Origin: an uncultured virus (IMG/VR IMGVR_UViG_3300027772_001884)
Taxonomy: Duplodnaviria > Heunggongvirae > Uroviricota > Caudoviricetes
Virus record (IMG/VR): IMGVR_UViG_3300027772_001884
Reading direction: 5' to 3' (one strand)
DNA length: 64,000 nucleotides
Part shown: positions 50,551 to 60,591 of the stretch, piece by piece
How the letters are laid out: the number at the start of each line of letters is the position of its first letter
Numbering within the stretch: position 1 is the stretch's first letter
Translations under genes and position numbers: made by a program
The notes under the pieces: generated by a model
What the model saw: only the letters and a program-made list of their open reading frames with translations
Databases searched by the model: none
Told to the model about the DNA's origin: nothing

Positions 50551-51193
50551 GACTAAAAATATTTTCTTTGTACGAGCAAGTGGTACATACTCTCCTTGTT
50601 GTTATACTACTACTAATGGTGAATTAGAAAAATTTCTAGGCGAAGAGTTGTATGCCCAACTAAATTTAAATAATTATTCCTACGAAGAAATAACGAACTC
50701 ACAGGCCTGGGCAAATATAAGAACAATGGTTCAATCAGATAATCCATTGCCAATTTGCAGATTGTTATGCACCAAGAGGGAACCAGGCAATGAAAGAATA
50801 GAGATGCTTAATCATAAAACAGCGTGTTTAAATAATATTATGAAACCATTTGATGAAGATTTAAAGTTATATGCATACAAAAAATATGATATCAATGATC
50901 TAAGTTTACGTGTAAACGATAACTTTGTGTTAACTTACCGATTAACGCACGACGAGATAAAACAAATGTTTGCAGGTGCTAATACCAGGGAAGGTATTAA
51001 TTTGCAGTTGAAATGCGGTATAAAAATGTATGTTGTTATTAAACGCAATATATCAGCTGTGCGTTTTACAATTAACACACACGGCGGCAACTTTAATTTG
51101 CGCTTTACAATAGAGACATTCGAAAGACTAATATCAAATTATAAATTTCAAATGGAAAACGCTGTCAAGTGGGACGACTATGACCCAAGGTAA
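50510..51193 (+). CDS. Stand-alone SPASM/twitch-like domain fused to an unknown C-terminal domain
   Basis: EC...FFVRASGTYSPCCY...ICRLLC matches the C-terminal Cys pattern of 47925-49100. Confidence 0.6.
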   Translation: MKKDKMQLDPECYKTKNIFFVRASGTYSPCCYTTTNGELEKFLGEELYAQLNLNNYSYEEITNSQAWANIRTMVQSDNPLPICRLLCTKREPGNERIEMLNHKTACLNNIMKPFDEDLKLYAYKKYDINDLSLRVNDNFVLTYRLTHDEIKQMFAGANTREGINLQLKCGIKMYVVIKRNISAVRFTINTHGGNFNLRFTIETFERLISNYKFQMENAVKWDDYDPR

Positions 51194-52064
51194 AGATATC
51201 ATTTATGTTAATGGGGATAGCTTCACAGAAGGATGTGATCTAGCAGATCATTTATATCCATTTTTTAAACAATATTACAGTTTACAGGAAATAACAAGCG
51301 CAGATTCTGATATCATTCGAGCCAATCAAATATCTGCGCTCGATCAAAAATGCAATTTCAATAAACATATCGACGATAAACTGTTAGCTAAAGAAATAGC
51401 ACAGTTTGAAGTTAATAATAGATGGTCTAATAAACTCAGTGAACAATTAGGTAAACCGGTTCATAATCTAAGTAGTCACGGCGGCAGTAGCATGTGTGCT
51501 ATAATTCACAGGACCTTGGCAGATTTACATAGATTGCAAAAACAAGGTTATAATATAACAGATATACTAATTCAAGTAACATCACCAGCTAGATACAGTT
51601 TTTTTAAAGAAACACATTACTGGGAAGAACCACAGCGTTATAACGGAAATGATTATTACTACCATATAAAAAGTATTAATCCGATATCGGATGCAGATGT
51701 AATCGGCGATCTTAACAACAACGAACATTATGAAATGTCAGTATATCGTTGGTTATATAATATGTATATGTTTAAACATGCAATATCATCAATTACCAGT
51801 GCTAGATTAATTTTAGTAGACAGTGCATGTTATCCTAACTCTATTTTTGGCATGAAACCTTTTGAATTATTACACCCTGATTGGCTAACTAAAAATAAAG
51901 ATGACTATTTGCTGGATTTTAAAAAACAATTGGATGATGAAATTAAATTAAGTATGTTGGATTGCATAGATTTAAATGAACCAGCAACTGTTACAGCGGG
52001 CCTACATTTTACCGCTAAAATACATGACAGGTTTGCTAAAAAAATCTCAGAAAGGTATTTTTGA
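51180..52064 (+). CDS. SGNH/GDSL-like protein (copy 3)
   Basis: YVNGDSFTEG, NLSSHGGS, C-terminal GLHF...H. Confidence 0.6.
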   Translation: MTQGKDIIYVNGDSFTEGCDLADHLYPFFKQYYSLQEITSADSDIIRANQISALDQKCNFNKHIDDKLLAKEIAQFEVNNRWSNKLSEQLGKPVHNLSSHGGSSMCAIIHRTLADLHRLQKQGYNITDILIQVTSPARYSFFKETHYWEEPQRYNGNDYYYHIKSINPISDADVIGDLNNNEHYEMSVYRWLYNMYMFKHAISSITSARLILVDSACYPNSIFGMKPFELLHPDWLTKNKDDYLLDFKKQLDDEIKLSMLDCIDLNEPATVTAGLHFTAKIHDRFAKKISERYF

Positions 52065-53023
52065 TGAGCGCAGTAATTTACGTAAACGGATGTAGTTTTA
52101 CCAACGGAGTAGACATAGCCGATTACATTTTGGACGGATATCCAGAAGAGTTATCATTCAATGACGTTAAACATTGTTTCAACAACAATTCGGCTGGAGA
52201 TAAAGTAATGGAATATTTAAATTGGAGAAATTTAAAATATTCAGAAATAGTTCCAGGCACCACTGAATTAAATTTTGCAGGCAAAGCTAGTAGATTAATG
52301 GAACAATTAAATTGGGCAGCATTGCTGGGCAACATCACCGACACTACAATTATCAATAAATCTGCACCAGGCAGCGATAACCATGGCATTTATTTAAGAA
52401 CATGCAATGACATATATAATCTAAGAAAACAAGGAATAGATGTTAAAAAAGTAATAATTCAGTTCACATGTAGAACAAGACATGCTTATATAAAAGAATT
52501 TAGGTATGATTCCTACGACACATACAGACCTGCTTATTTGGATCATAATAAATTAGATAATGAATTTTTTGTTAGGTCTTTAAATCAAGGAAGTAGTTTA
52601 GTTGATAACTATTCTGTAGCTGAAAAGTTTTTCCTATCAACAGATAATCGTCAAGCATTAGAACTTGACATGTGGGCAAGTTCTAGACTATTGAATTATT
52701 TGTCAACGGTGAATATGTATAAAAATGCAATACAAGGAGCATTGGGTATAGAAGTAATAATGGTTGATTCTTTATTTTTTGAAATAGAATATACTACAGT
52801 CAATGAAGGATGTAACGATGTCCAACAGACTATGGATATTGATAATCCAAATCCTGAAACATATTTAGGCAGAACGATATTATCATTGTTTCCCAAGGGC
52901 ATAGACTCCATGGCAAGAATGATGGATAAAGATCATAAATCATTTACTTCTGGATTTCACTTTAACAAAGAAGTACATGAGAAGTTTGCAAAACATTTAG
53001 CAAAGAAATATTTCAATGGATAA
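52061..53023 (+). CDS. SGNH/GDSL-like protein (copy 4)
   Basis: YVNGCSFTNG, NKSAPGSDN, C-terminal GFHFNKEVH. Confidence 0.6.
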   Translation: MMSAVIYVNGCSFTNGVDIADYILDGYPEELSFNDVKHCFNNNSAGDKVMEYLNWRNLKYSEIVPGTTELNFAGKASRLMEQLNWAALLGNITDTTIINKSAPGSDNHGIYLRTCNDIYNLRKQGIDVKKVIIQFTCRTRHAYIKEFRYDSYDTYRPAYLDHNKLDNEFFVRSLNQGSSLVDNYSVAEKFFLSTDNRQALELDMWASSRLLNYLSTVNMYKNAIQGALGIEVIMVDSLFFEIEYTTVNEGCNDVQQTMDIDNPNPETYLGRTILSLFPKGIDSMARMMDKDHKSFTSGFHFNKEVHEKFAKHLAKKYFNG

Positions 53024-54278
53024 AACATTTTGTGTTATACCTTGGGTGCAAATGGCAGCAAAGCCCATTGGCACTGCCAGGGTTTGTTGCTTGATGACCA
53101 ATAGTAAAGACAGTCAACAAGGCACAATAAGAGATGATAATGGTAAGCCCTACAATCTCGGCCGCGATGACTTTGACGTTATTAAAAATGGCGACAAAGC
53201 TAGAGAAATAAGATTGGCCATGCTTGCTGATCAGCGTCACAGCGACTGTAATACCTGCTGGGTCAAAGAAGACATGGGTGCAAGCAGTCGTAGAACTGTG
53301 AGTAATAAGATGTATGATGGCGAGTTTGATGTAGACATTGCTAGACAGCATACAGATGAACACGGTAACACAGATTGGCAACCTAGTTACTGGGATTTAC
53401 GTTTTGGTAACTTGTGCAATTTAAAATGTGTCATGTGTCATCCTGCCAGTAGCAGTCAGTGGTATGAAGATTATGTTTTACTTAATGGTACAACCAAGTT
53501 CACTGACAGTGGAACAAAGATCAATTTAAAAGATGTTGATGGTAGATATAGGGATGCCGGTGAATATGATTGGTGGGATAACCCAGAGTTTTGGACCAAA
53601 TTAGAAGCAAAGATTCCGTATTTGAAGCAAGTATATCTTGTGGGCGGCGAACCCATGCTGATCGAACCCCATTATGATTTCTTGCAAAAAGTTATTGACA
53701 GTGGCAGAGCCGGCGAAGTTACTTTGGAATATGATACAAATTTAACTGCTATACACAAACGTGCCTTGAATTTGTGGAAACATTTTAAAAAGGTGTGGCT
53801 ACGTATTAGTATAGATGATTTTGGTGATCAGTTTGAATATATTCGTTTCCCCGCCACATGGCAGCAAATAAGTAAGAATGTAAACACATTAAGTAAAGAA
53901 ATGTCTAACATCAAAATGGATTTCACAGTAACGTGGCAAGTTTTAAGTGTATACACAACACCCAATTTATTAGATTATTTTGATCAATTTGAAAAACACA
54001 ACTCCAGTGTTAGAATCTTAAGCAGTCCGGATTATTTCGATGTTGCAATACTTCCACTAGAAGTAAAACAGGATATTTTAATTAAATATAATGCGTGGGC
54101 AACAACTGACAAAAAGAAAAAACAAATAGCACATCTTGTAAATTATTTAGAAACAAATATAGAAGGCAACTCAGGCCTAGTTGATAAATGTTTAGATATA
54201 GTAACAAAATTAGATGCTATTAGAAACACAGACTGGAAGACAACTTTTCCACAATTATATGAGAAATTAAAAAAATGA
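53016..54278 (+). CDS. Radical SAM protein with N-terminal twitch/SPASM domain
   Basis: FCVIPW...RVCC...CNTCW; CNLKCVMC; VGGEP. Confidence 0.9.
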   Translation: MDKTFCVIPWVQMAAKPIGTARVCCLMTNSKDSQQGTIRDDNGKPYNLGRDDFDVIKNGDKAREIRLAMLADQRHSDCNTCWVKEDMGASSRRTVSNKMYDGEFDVDIARQHTDEHGNTDWQPSYWDLRFGNLCNLKCVMCHPASSSQWYEDYVLLNGTTKFTDSGTKINLKDVDGRYRDAGEYDWWDNPEFWTKLEAKIPYLKQVYLVGGEPMLIEPHYDFLQKVIDSGRAGEVTLEYDTNLTAIHKRALNLWKHFKKVWLRISIDDFGDQFEYIRFPATWQQISKNVNTLSKEMSNIKMDFTVTWQVLSVYTTPNLLDYFDQFEKHNSSVRILSSPDYFDVAILPLEVKQDILIKYNAWATTDKKKKQIAHLVNYLETNIEGNSGLVDKCLDIVTKLDAIRNTDWKTTFPQLYEKLKK

Positions 54279-55750
54279 ACGACAACGTTATGCCCAACGA
54301 ATCCGGCGAAGACATGATGGTTAACAAAGACCAAACTCCTCAAGCAAAAAATCATCTCAATGTCAGTAAGACATGGTGTATTTTACCTTGGATACATTTA
54401 AGTACTCGCCCCGATGGTCAAATGCGAGTATGTTGTACTGCCAATGCCAGTTCAGTAGGCGCTACCAATGAAAAACTACATGGCGGCAATATTGGAATTT
54501 TAAAAGACGAAGAAGGCCGTCCCAACAACTTAAATGTTGCGGACTTTGAATCCAGCTGGAATAGTACATATATGAAAAATGTACGCTCACAAATGATGGC
54601 GGGCGAAAAGCCTTCCAGCTGTTTGAAGTGTTATAAAGAAGAGGCAGCGGGTCACAGAAGCAAGCGTCAGTGGGAAACAGAGTATTGGAGCAAGCGAGTA
54701 AGCATTGATGAACTAGTACAAGAAACCAATGAAGATGGCAGTGTTCCGCCTAAACTACGTTATATTGACCTACGCTTCGGAACAAAATGCCAGCTAGCCT
54801 GTATCATGTGTAGTCCGCACGATAGTAGTGGTTGGATCAAAGACTGGCAAGCAGTTTACCCTAAGATTGAAAATGATAAAGTAAAAGAAATTTGGAACTG
54901 GGAAAACAAAGGCAGTACCAATGGCAGTAGCTACAATTGGCATAAGAACAATCCAGTGTTCTGGCAACAGTTCTATCAACAAATTCCCCACATGAAACAA
55001 CTATACTTTGCCGGAGGCGAAGCATTGATCATCGAAGAACACTATGATATCCTTGAAGAATGTATTCGACAAGGGGTTGCAAAAGACATGGAAATACGTT
55101 ATAATAGCAATGGTGTAGAGTGGAGAGAAGACTTATTTGAACTATGGAGTCACTTTAAACTTGTACGTTTTCATTACAGTGTCGATTCTTTTGGCGCACA
55201 CAACGAGTATATTCGTTACCCCAGTGAATGGAAGCGCACAGAAGAAGTATTTCATATATTAGATACGCAGACAACTGACAACGTAGAAGTCACAGTGGCT
55301 TGTGCCGTTAACGCATTGAACATTCATTACTTGCCTGAATTTATTAAGTGGAAAATGACACAAAACTTTAAGAAGATCAACATGTGGCCTTTGGGTGCAG
55401 GTGGTATTAATTTCCACTTTGTATACTGGCCCGCATTCTTAAATGTCAAAGTTCTTCCTGAAGAATTCAAAAACGAAGTTGAACGTAAAATAGAGGAAGA
55501 ATTAATACCTTGGTGGACCGACAACTATATGAACGGAGTCAAGCAAGACGAAACATTGAATAAAGACGTGTTCCTTGCAAATGACTACGGCGTCAAGCGT
55601 CTGCGCGGCCTAATTAGATTCATGAAAAGTGAAGACTGGAGTGTACGTTTACCGGAAATGAAAGAGTATTTGGAAAAAATAGACGAGCACCGTGGCACTA
55701 GTTTTTACGAAACTTTTTCTGAAATGAAGGATATATTTAACAATGTCTAA
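54275..55750 (+). CDS. Radical SAM protein with N-terminal twitch/SPASM domain
   Basis: WCILPW...RVCC...CLKCY; CQLACIMC; AGGEA. Confidence 0.9.
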   Translation: MNDNVMPNESGEDMMVNKDQTPQAKNHLNVSKTWCILPWIHLSTRPDGQMRVCCTANASSVGATNEKLHGGNIGILKDEEGRPNNLNVADFESSWNSTYMKNVRSQMMAGEKPSSCLKCYKEEAAGHRSKRQWETEYWSKRVSIDELVQETNEDGSVPPKLRYIDLRFGTKCQLACIMCSPHDSSGWIKDWQAVYPKIENDKVKEIWNWENKGSTNGSSYNWHKNNPVFWQQFYQQIPHMKQLYFAGGEALIIEEHYDILEECIRQGVAKDMEIRYNSNGVEWREDLFELWSHFKLVRFHYSVDSFGAHNEYIRYPSEWKRTEEVFHILDTQTTDNVEVTVACAVNALNIHYLPEFIKWKMTQNFKKINMWPLGAGGINFHFVYWPAFLNVKVLPEEFKNEVERKIEEELIPWWTDNYMNGVKQDETLNKDVFLANDYGVKRLRGLIRFMKSEDWSVRLPEMKEYLEKIDEHRGTSFYETFSEMKDIFNNV

Positions 55751-57017
55751 CTATATATCTTTTGAAAAAAAAGACAAAATAAATAAATGGCTGGACACAA
55801 ATAACTTTTGTGTCATGCCATTCGGCCATGTAGCTGTGGAATCAAACGGGGACATACGCCCATGCTGTTTAGGTAATGCATTAATAAAAGAAGATGGCAG
55901 GCCTTTAAATGTCGAAGATGGTTCAATTGCAGATATTATAAAACATCCCGCACATATCAAGTTTAGAGAATCTTTTCTTAAAAATGAGCAACATCCTGCA
56001 TGTAAACCTTGCTGGGGTGTAAATTCCAAAGATAGATTCAGTGGCAGATATATGTATACCAGTAGTGCTAAAGTGGCAGATTTTGTAGAAGAAATAATGT
56101 ATGGAAAGACTCCAGAACAACAACTTATCTGGTTGGAAATAAAAGCTGGCAATAGATGCAATTTGGCATGCAGAATATGCGGACTTTGGAATAGTGCAAA
56201 ATGGCTTAAAGAAACATTTGATTTAAAAAAATTAAATGATCCAACATATTCCGACTTCAAGTCTAGTCATGAATTTGAATATAATCAACAGGCCAAGTGG
56301 ATTGATAACATCGATTTTTGGCAGAACATCGATATGTTCGAAAACGTCAGAGTAATACATATCATGGGTGGTGAACCCTTGATGATCGAAGAACATTACG
56401 AAATGTTGAAAGCAATCATAAATCGTTATGATGCAAGTAAGATATGGCTGTGGTATAATACAAACGGAACTGTTATCCCAACTGCCGAACAAGAAAAAAT
56501 ACTTGATAAATTCAAAGCAGTGCATTGGAGTTTAAGCATAGATGACGTTGGCGATAAATTTGATTATCAGCGCAGTGGTGCAGTATGGCAAGAAGTAAAA
56601 AATAACCTGGAGTATTTTTTCAGCAAATCCAACTACTATTCTACTATTGATACAACGGTTAATATTTTTAATATAGCAACATTGGGTAATTTTTTACAAG
56701 AGTTAGAACGTATGCCTTTTATAAAATCTTTTACTCCGCATTATGTAACAACAATGGATAGTCCAAATAATGTAAGAACGTTGAATGCAAAAATAAAGAC
56801 AGAACTAACAACATATTTAGAAAATACCAAAGCAACCGTTGACGAAAAGTATCACAATACTATAGATGAAATACTAGATTATATGAACAGTATAGATGCA
56901 TGGTCAAACGATATAGATTCTAGAAGAAAAAAAGAAATATTCTTTATAGATAAATCCAGAAATGAAGATTTTATTAAAACATTCCCAGAAATGGCGAGGC
57001 TATTAAATTATGAGTGA
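55743..57017 (+). CDS. Radical SAM protein with N-terminal twitch/SPASM domain
   Basis: FCVMPF...RPCC...CKPCW; CNLACRIC; MGGEP. Confidence 0.9.
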   Translation: MSNYISFEKKDKINKWLDTNNFCVMPFGHVAVESNGDIRPCCLGNALIKEDGRPLNVEDGSIADIIKHPAHIKFRESFLKNEQHPACKPCWGVNSKDRFSGRYMYTSSAKVADFVEEIMYGKTPEQQLIWLEIKAGNRCNLACRICGLWNSAKWLKETFDLKKLNDPTYSDFKSSHEFEYNQQAKWIDNIDFWQNIDMFENVRVIHIMGGEPLMIEEHYEMLKAIINRYDASKIWLWYNTNGTVIPTAEQEKILDKFKAVHWSLSIDDVGDKFDYQRSGAVWQEVKNNLEYFFSKSNYYSTIDTTVNIFNIATLGNFLQELERMPFIKSFTPHYVTTMDSPNNVRTLNAKIKTELTTYLENTKATVDEKYHNTIDEILDYMNSIDAWSNDIDSRRKKEIFFIDKSRNEDFIKTFPEMARLLNYE

Positions 57018-59562
57018 ACAAGGCGATAAAAATAAACTACTGAGTCCTACAATATGTATGCTACCTGTTAGTAGTATTGCAATACATGCTACTGGAAAAA
57101 TGGTTCGCTGCCATATGAGCGAAACAGAAATGGGTGATGTTAACAGTGGTTCTATTATTAAACAATGGGACAACGAATCATTTCAAGATCTAAGAAAAGC
57201 CCAACGCAACGGAGAATGGACACTGGGTTGCCAAAATTGTCAAAGCAAGGAAGATAAAAATGTAACCAGCAAACGTACTCACTGGCAGAATCTTGATGTA
57301 ATTGACGATCGGTGGGAAGATATTGATTGGGATAATAATCTAACGGGCAATAAACTTGTACACTTGGATATTGCTTTTAATAACTTGTGTAATTTTAAAT
57401 GTAGAATGTGTAGCAGTGCATATAGCAACGCATGGATAGGTGACGAGGAAAAACTTAAAAAACGTGGCTTTGCATCAGGCGGCGCAGGCAGTCCTTATGC
57501 TAGAACAAGTTCTATGTTTGATAGAACAAAACATACATTGTCTACAGAGCAGTTGCGAGAATTAGTGGATAATGGCAAGGATTTACGTCGGGTGGAGATA
57601 TTAGGTGGTGAACCATTCCTGGTGCCGCAATTCATGGAATTCCTGGGCATGTTGCGTGATGCTGGTTTGGACAAACAAATTGAATTAATGATTACTACTA
57701 ATGGTAGCGTTATCACAGAAAAGCATCTAGAAGCATTAGAAGGTTTTAAATATGTCAACATCAATCTTAGTTTAGATGGTACTAGAGGATATTTCAGCTA
57801 TATTAGAAGTGCAGGTGCCATAGATTGGGATGGCATTATAGAGAAGGCAGAATTAATTAGAAATTGGTGTGACAAACCGAGGCCAGGCGTTTATAAAATG
57901 AACATTAACGGGACCTTCCAAGCCATTAATGCATTAAACGTTGCAGAATTTATCGAATGGATAATTAAATTTTATGGCTGGGATAAAGAAACGCCGGTAA
58001 CAAGTAGCAAACATCGTCATAGCCTGGAGCACAGAATATTAGTAGGGCCCAAAACTTTGCACGTACAATGGTTAAATGGAAAAATACTGCAAAAGAGTCT
58101 TGATCAAATAAATTATCTTATTGACAAATATGATTTTTTTCGCGGCGACCAAAATGGCAAAAGTGCTATAACAGAAGCAAGATATATCAATGACATAAAA
58201 AAATTACTGGAAGATTTAATAGACAATCCAATTGAAGTTAAGGGACTTGCAAAGCAAGGTCCTAAAGAATTTGTCAAATATACATACGAGCTAGATGAAA
58301 TACGCGGTGAAAGTCTCGAACAATTAGATCCAGAAATTTACAGTAACTATGAAATTTATTTTAATGAATATCGACGCGAAAAGTATGAAAGCTTCTGTAA
58401 AATGCCATGGCACGGCCTTGCAATAAGTGCCAATGATAATATTAAACCTTGCTGTCAGTTTAAAGGGTCTCTGGGAACAGCCAGTAAGGATAATATTGTA
58501 GATAGTTTTATTAATAATGAAAAAATTATAAAAATAAGAAATCAGTTCCTCAAAGGAGAAAGACCAGAAGAATGTAGCAGTTGTTGGGAACGTGAGGATT
58601 TAATAGGAAACAGTAGAAGACAATGGTTTAACAAAAAGTTTACAAATGGAATACCCAGTGACTATGATTATAACCGTCCTTTGACCAAAGAGAAATTATT
58701 TTGGACTCAGATGGATGTCAATCTTAGTAACGTATGTAATTTAAAATGTCGCATGTGTGGCTCATGGGCCAGTAATCAATGGTTTGAGGAAGACTTGATG
58801 TTGGCAAAAATTAATCCTAAATTTGAAAAGGAAAATAATCCAGAAAAACAAGTAATAGTTCAACAAGAATTAAGTAGTCTATTAGAACCTATAAGACATA
58901 TGAAACATATACAGCGTATAGACTTTAAGGGAGGGGAACCTATGATGGCAAAAAATCATGTGCCCTACTTGGAAGAACTCATCAAATATGGGAAAAATGA
59001 ATTTATCACTTTACAGTACACAACTAATGGCACGATCGTTAATCCGAAGATTTTATCTATGCTTGAAAAATTTAAAAATGTACGTTTAATGTTCAGTGTG
59101 GAAGGAACGGGTGAACTGTATAGTTATATACGTGGCGGTAAGTTTACTATTGACGAACTAGAAAATGTAATAAGCATGTATAATAAATTACCCAACGTTG
59201 AGATTGGATTTAATGTTACTATGCAAGCCTATAATTTATTAAATCTAAAATTGTTGCATAAAAAATTAAAAAGTTGGGAAGAAAAATTTGAAAAAGTTAG
59301 TGCATCAAATGCATTCGAAACTATATGTAATAGTCCGATGTATCTGAGTCCATTGGTACTACCTACTGAACTAAGAAAAAAGATGGCAGATCAATTGTAT
59401 GGAATACCCGACTTTGAGGTATTAGTTCGTAGTTTGGAATCTAATAGAATTCACGAAACACAGTGGAATACATTCAAACAATTCACTGTAGAGTTGGATA
59501 AAATTCGAAAGGAAAACGTATTGAATGTTATACCCGAATTAACGGATTATTGGAATGAATAA
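57010..59562 (+). CDS. Tandem double radical SAM protein (twitch-rSAM-twitch-rSAM)
   Basis: ICMLP...CQNC, CNFKCRMC, LGGEP; then FCKMPW...PCC...CSSCW, CNLKCRMC, KGGEP. Confidence 0.9.
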   Translation: MSEQGDKNKLLSPTICMLPVSSIAIHATGKMVRCHMSETEMGDVNSGSIIKQWDNESFQDLRKAQRNGEWTLGCQNCQSKEDKNVTSKRTHWQNLDVIDDRWEDIDWDNNLTGNKLVHLDIAFNNLCNFKCRMCSSAYSNAWIGDEEKLKKRGFASGGAGSPYARTSSMFDRTKHTLSTEQLRELVDNGKDLRRVEILGGEPFLVPQFMEFLGMLRDAGLDKQIELMITTNGSVITEKHLEALEGFKYVNINLSLDGTRGYFSYIRSAGAIDWDGIIEKAELIRNWCDKPRPGVYKMNINGTFQAINALNVAEFIEWIIKFYGWDKETPVTSSKHRHSLEHRILVGPKTLHVQWLNGKILQKSLDQINYLIDKYDFFRGDQNGKSAITEARYINDIKKLLEDLIDNPIEVKGLAKQGPKEFVKYTYELDEIRGESLEQLDPEIYSNYEIYFNEYRREKYESFCKMPWHGLAISANDNIKPCCQFKGSLGTASKDNIVDSFINNEKIIKIRNQFLKGERPEECSSCWEREDLIGNSRRQWFNKKFTNGIPSDYDYNRPLTKEKLFWTQMDVNLSNVCNLKCRMCGSWASNQWFEEDLMLAKINPKFEKENNPEKQVIVQQELSSLLEPIRHMKHIQRIDFKGGEPMMAKNHVPYLEELIKYGKNEFITLQYTTNGTIVNPKILSMLEKFKNVRLMFSVEGTGELYSYIRGGKFTIDELENVISMYNKLPNVEIGFNVTMQAYNLLNLKLLHKKLKSWEEKFEKVSASNAFETICNSPMYLSPLVLPTELRKKMADQLYGIPDFEVLVRSLESNRIHETQWNTFKQFTVELDKIRKENVLNVIPELTDYWNE

Positions 59563-60256
59563 ACTGGTTGCGGTAGAAGACAATCATGCGCCTAAAGATA
59601 AATGGCTACGCATTGAATGGAATCTAGGTAAACGTTGTAACTATGATTGTAGCTACTGTGGTAGCGACATACATGACAGAGAAAGTCAGCATCTAAGTTT
59701 AGATGTCATTGAAAAAACAGTCAAGCAGATAGCAGATGTTGCTCGAATACAGGGCAAAGAATGCCGTATCAGTTTAACTGGTGGCGAACCATTTGTGCAT
59801 CCAAAAATTATCGACATTCTTAAAATAATAAAGAACAATGGTATTAATAAAATTAGTGTCACTACTAACGGCAGTGTTCCACTTCAAAAATATATTGATA
59901 GTTTACCGTATATTACTTATTATATTTTTAGTTATCATTTTGAATTTGCATATCACGACAAGATAATTAACACTATCGTAGAGTTAAATAAACTTGTTAA
60001 AGAGCGTGACAATCAAAACCTGCACACCCACTTGATGTATCTTCCAGGTAAAATGGCGGAAGCAAATGAGATAATCGACATTATGAATGAAAATGATGTG
60101 CATTGGGTAATTAGAAGAATTAGACCAAGGCTGGATCCTGAGACCAAAACCTGGGCAGTTCCGGGATTAAGTGGATTAAAAACATCGCATGGTAAATGTA
60201 AAGACGACTACTATACTCAAGAAGAACTTGATTTTATGTTGAATAAGAAAAAATGA
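59555..60256 (+). CDS. Radical SAM core domain
   Basis: IEWNLGKRCNYDCSYC, LTGGEPFVHP, VTTNGS. Confidence 0.9.
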   Translation: MNKLVAVEDNHAPKDKWLRIEWNLGKRCNYDCSYCGSDIHDRESQHLSLDVIEKTVKQIADVARIQGKECRISLTGGEPFVHPKIIDILKIIKNNGINKISVTTNGSVPLQKYIDSLPYITYYIFSYHFEFAYHDKIINTIVELNKLVKERDNQNLHTHLMYLPGKMAEANEIIDIMNENDVHWVIRRIRPRLDPETKTWAVPGLSGLKTSHGKCKDDYYTQEELDFMLNKKK

Positions 60257-60591
60257 CAAGTAAAGTAACTAATTGGGCAAACATAGTAGTTCATTATGAA
60301 GACGGCACCAGCGAAGAAAGCAACGTCAATGATTTACTGGCCAACGAAACAAACAATTTCAAAGGTTGGATGTGCTGGGCCGGCGTTCAAAATTTGACCA
60401 TAGACAATGACGGCAATGTTTGGAGAGCCATATGTAAGGTGGGCGGCAAGCTAGGAGATATACACACCGGCTTCTCGGTGCCCACTGAGCCCATTATTTG
60501 TACCAAAGAAAATTGTACCTGCGCCGCCGACATACAGCTGAGTAAAGCAGAATTAAATAATATTAAGAAATTAAGGATCAGCAATGAGTGA
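60253..60591 (+). CDS. Stand-alone SPASM-like Fe-S domain protein
   Basis: NNFKGWMCWAG...IDNDGNVWRAIC...LGDI...CTKENCTCAAD. Confidence 0.7.
   Translation: MTSKVTNWANIVVHYEDGTSEESNVNDLLANETNNFKGWMCWAGVQNLTIDNDGNVWRAICKVGGKLGDIHTGFSVPTEPIICTKENCTCAADIQLSKAELNNIKKLRISNE

Noticed and set aside
55751..56260. 169-aa antisense ORF and the many other 60-120 aa overlapping ORFs in the track
   Set aside because: Antisense or off-frame to genes with clear motifs; no independent support
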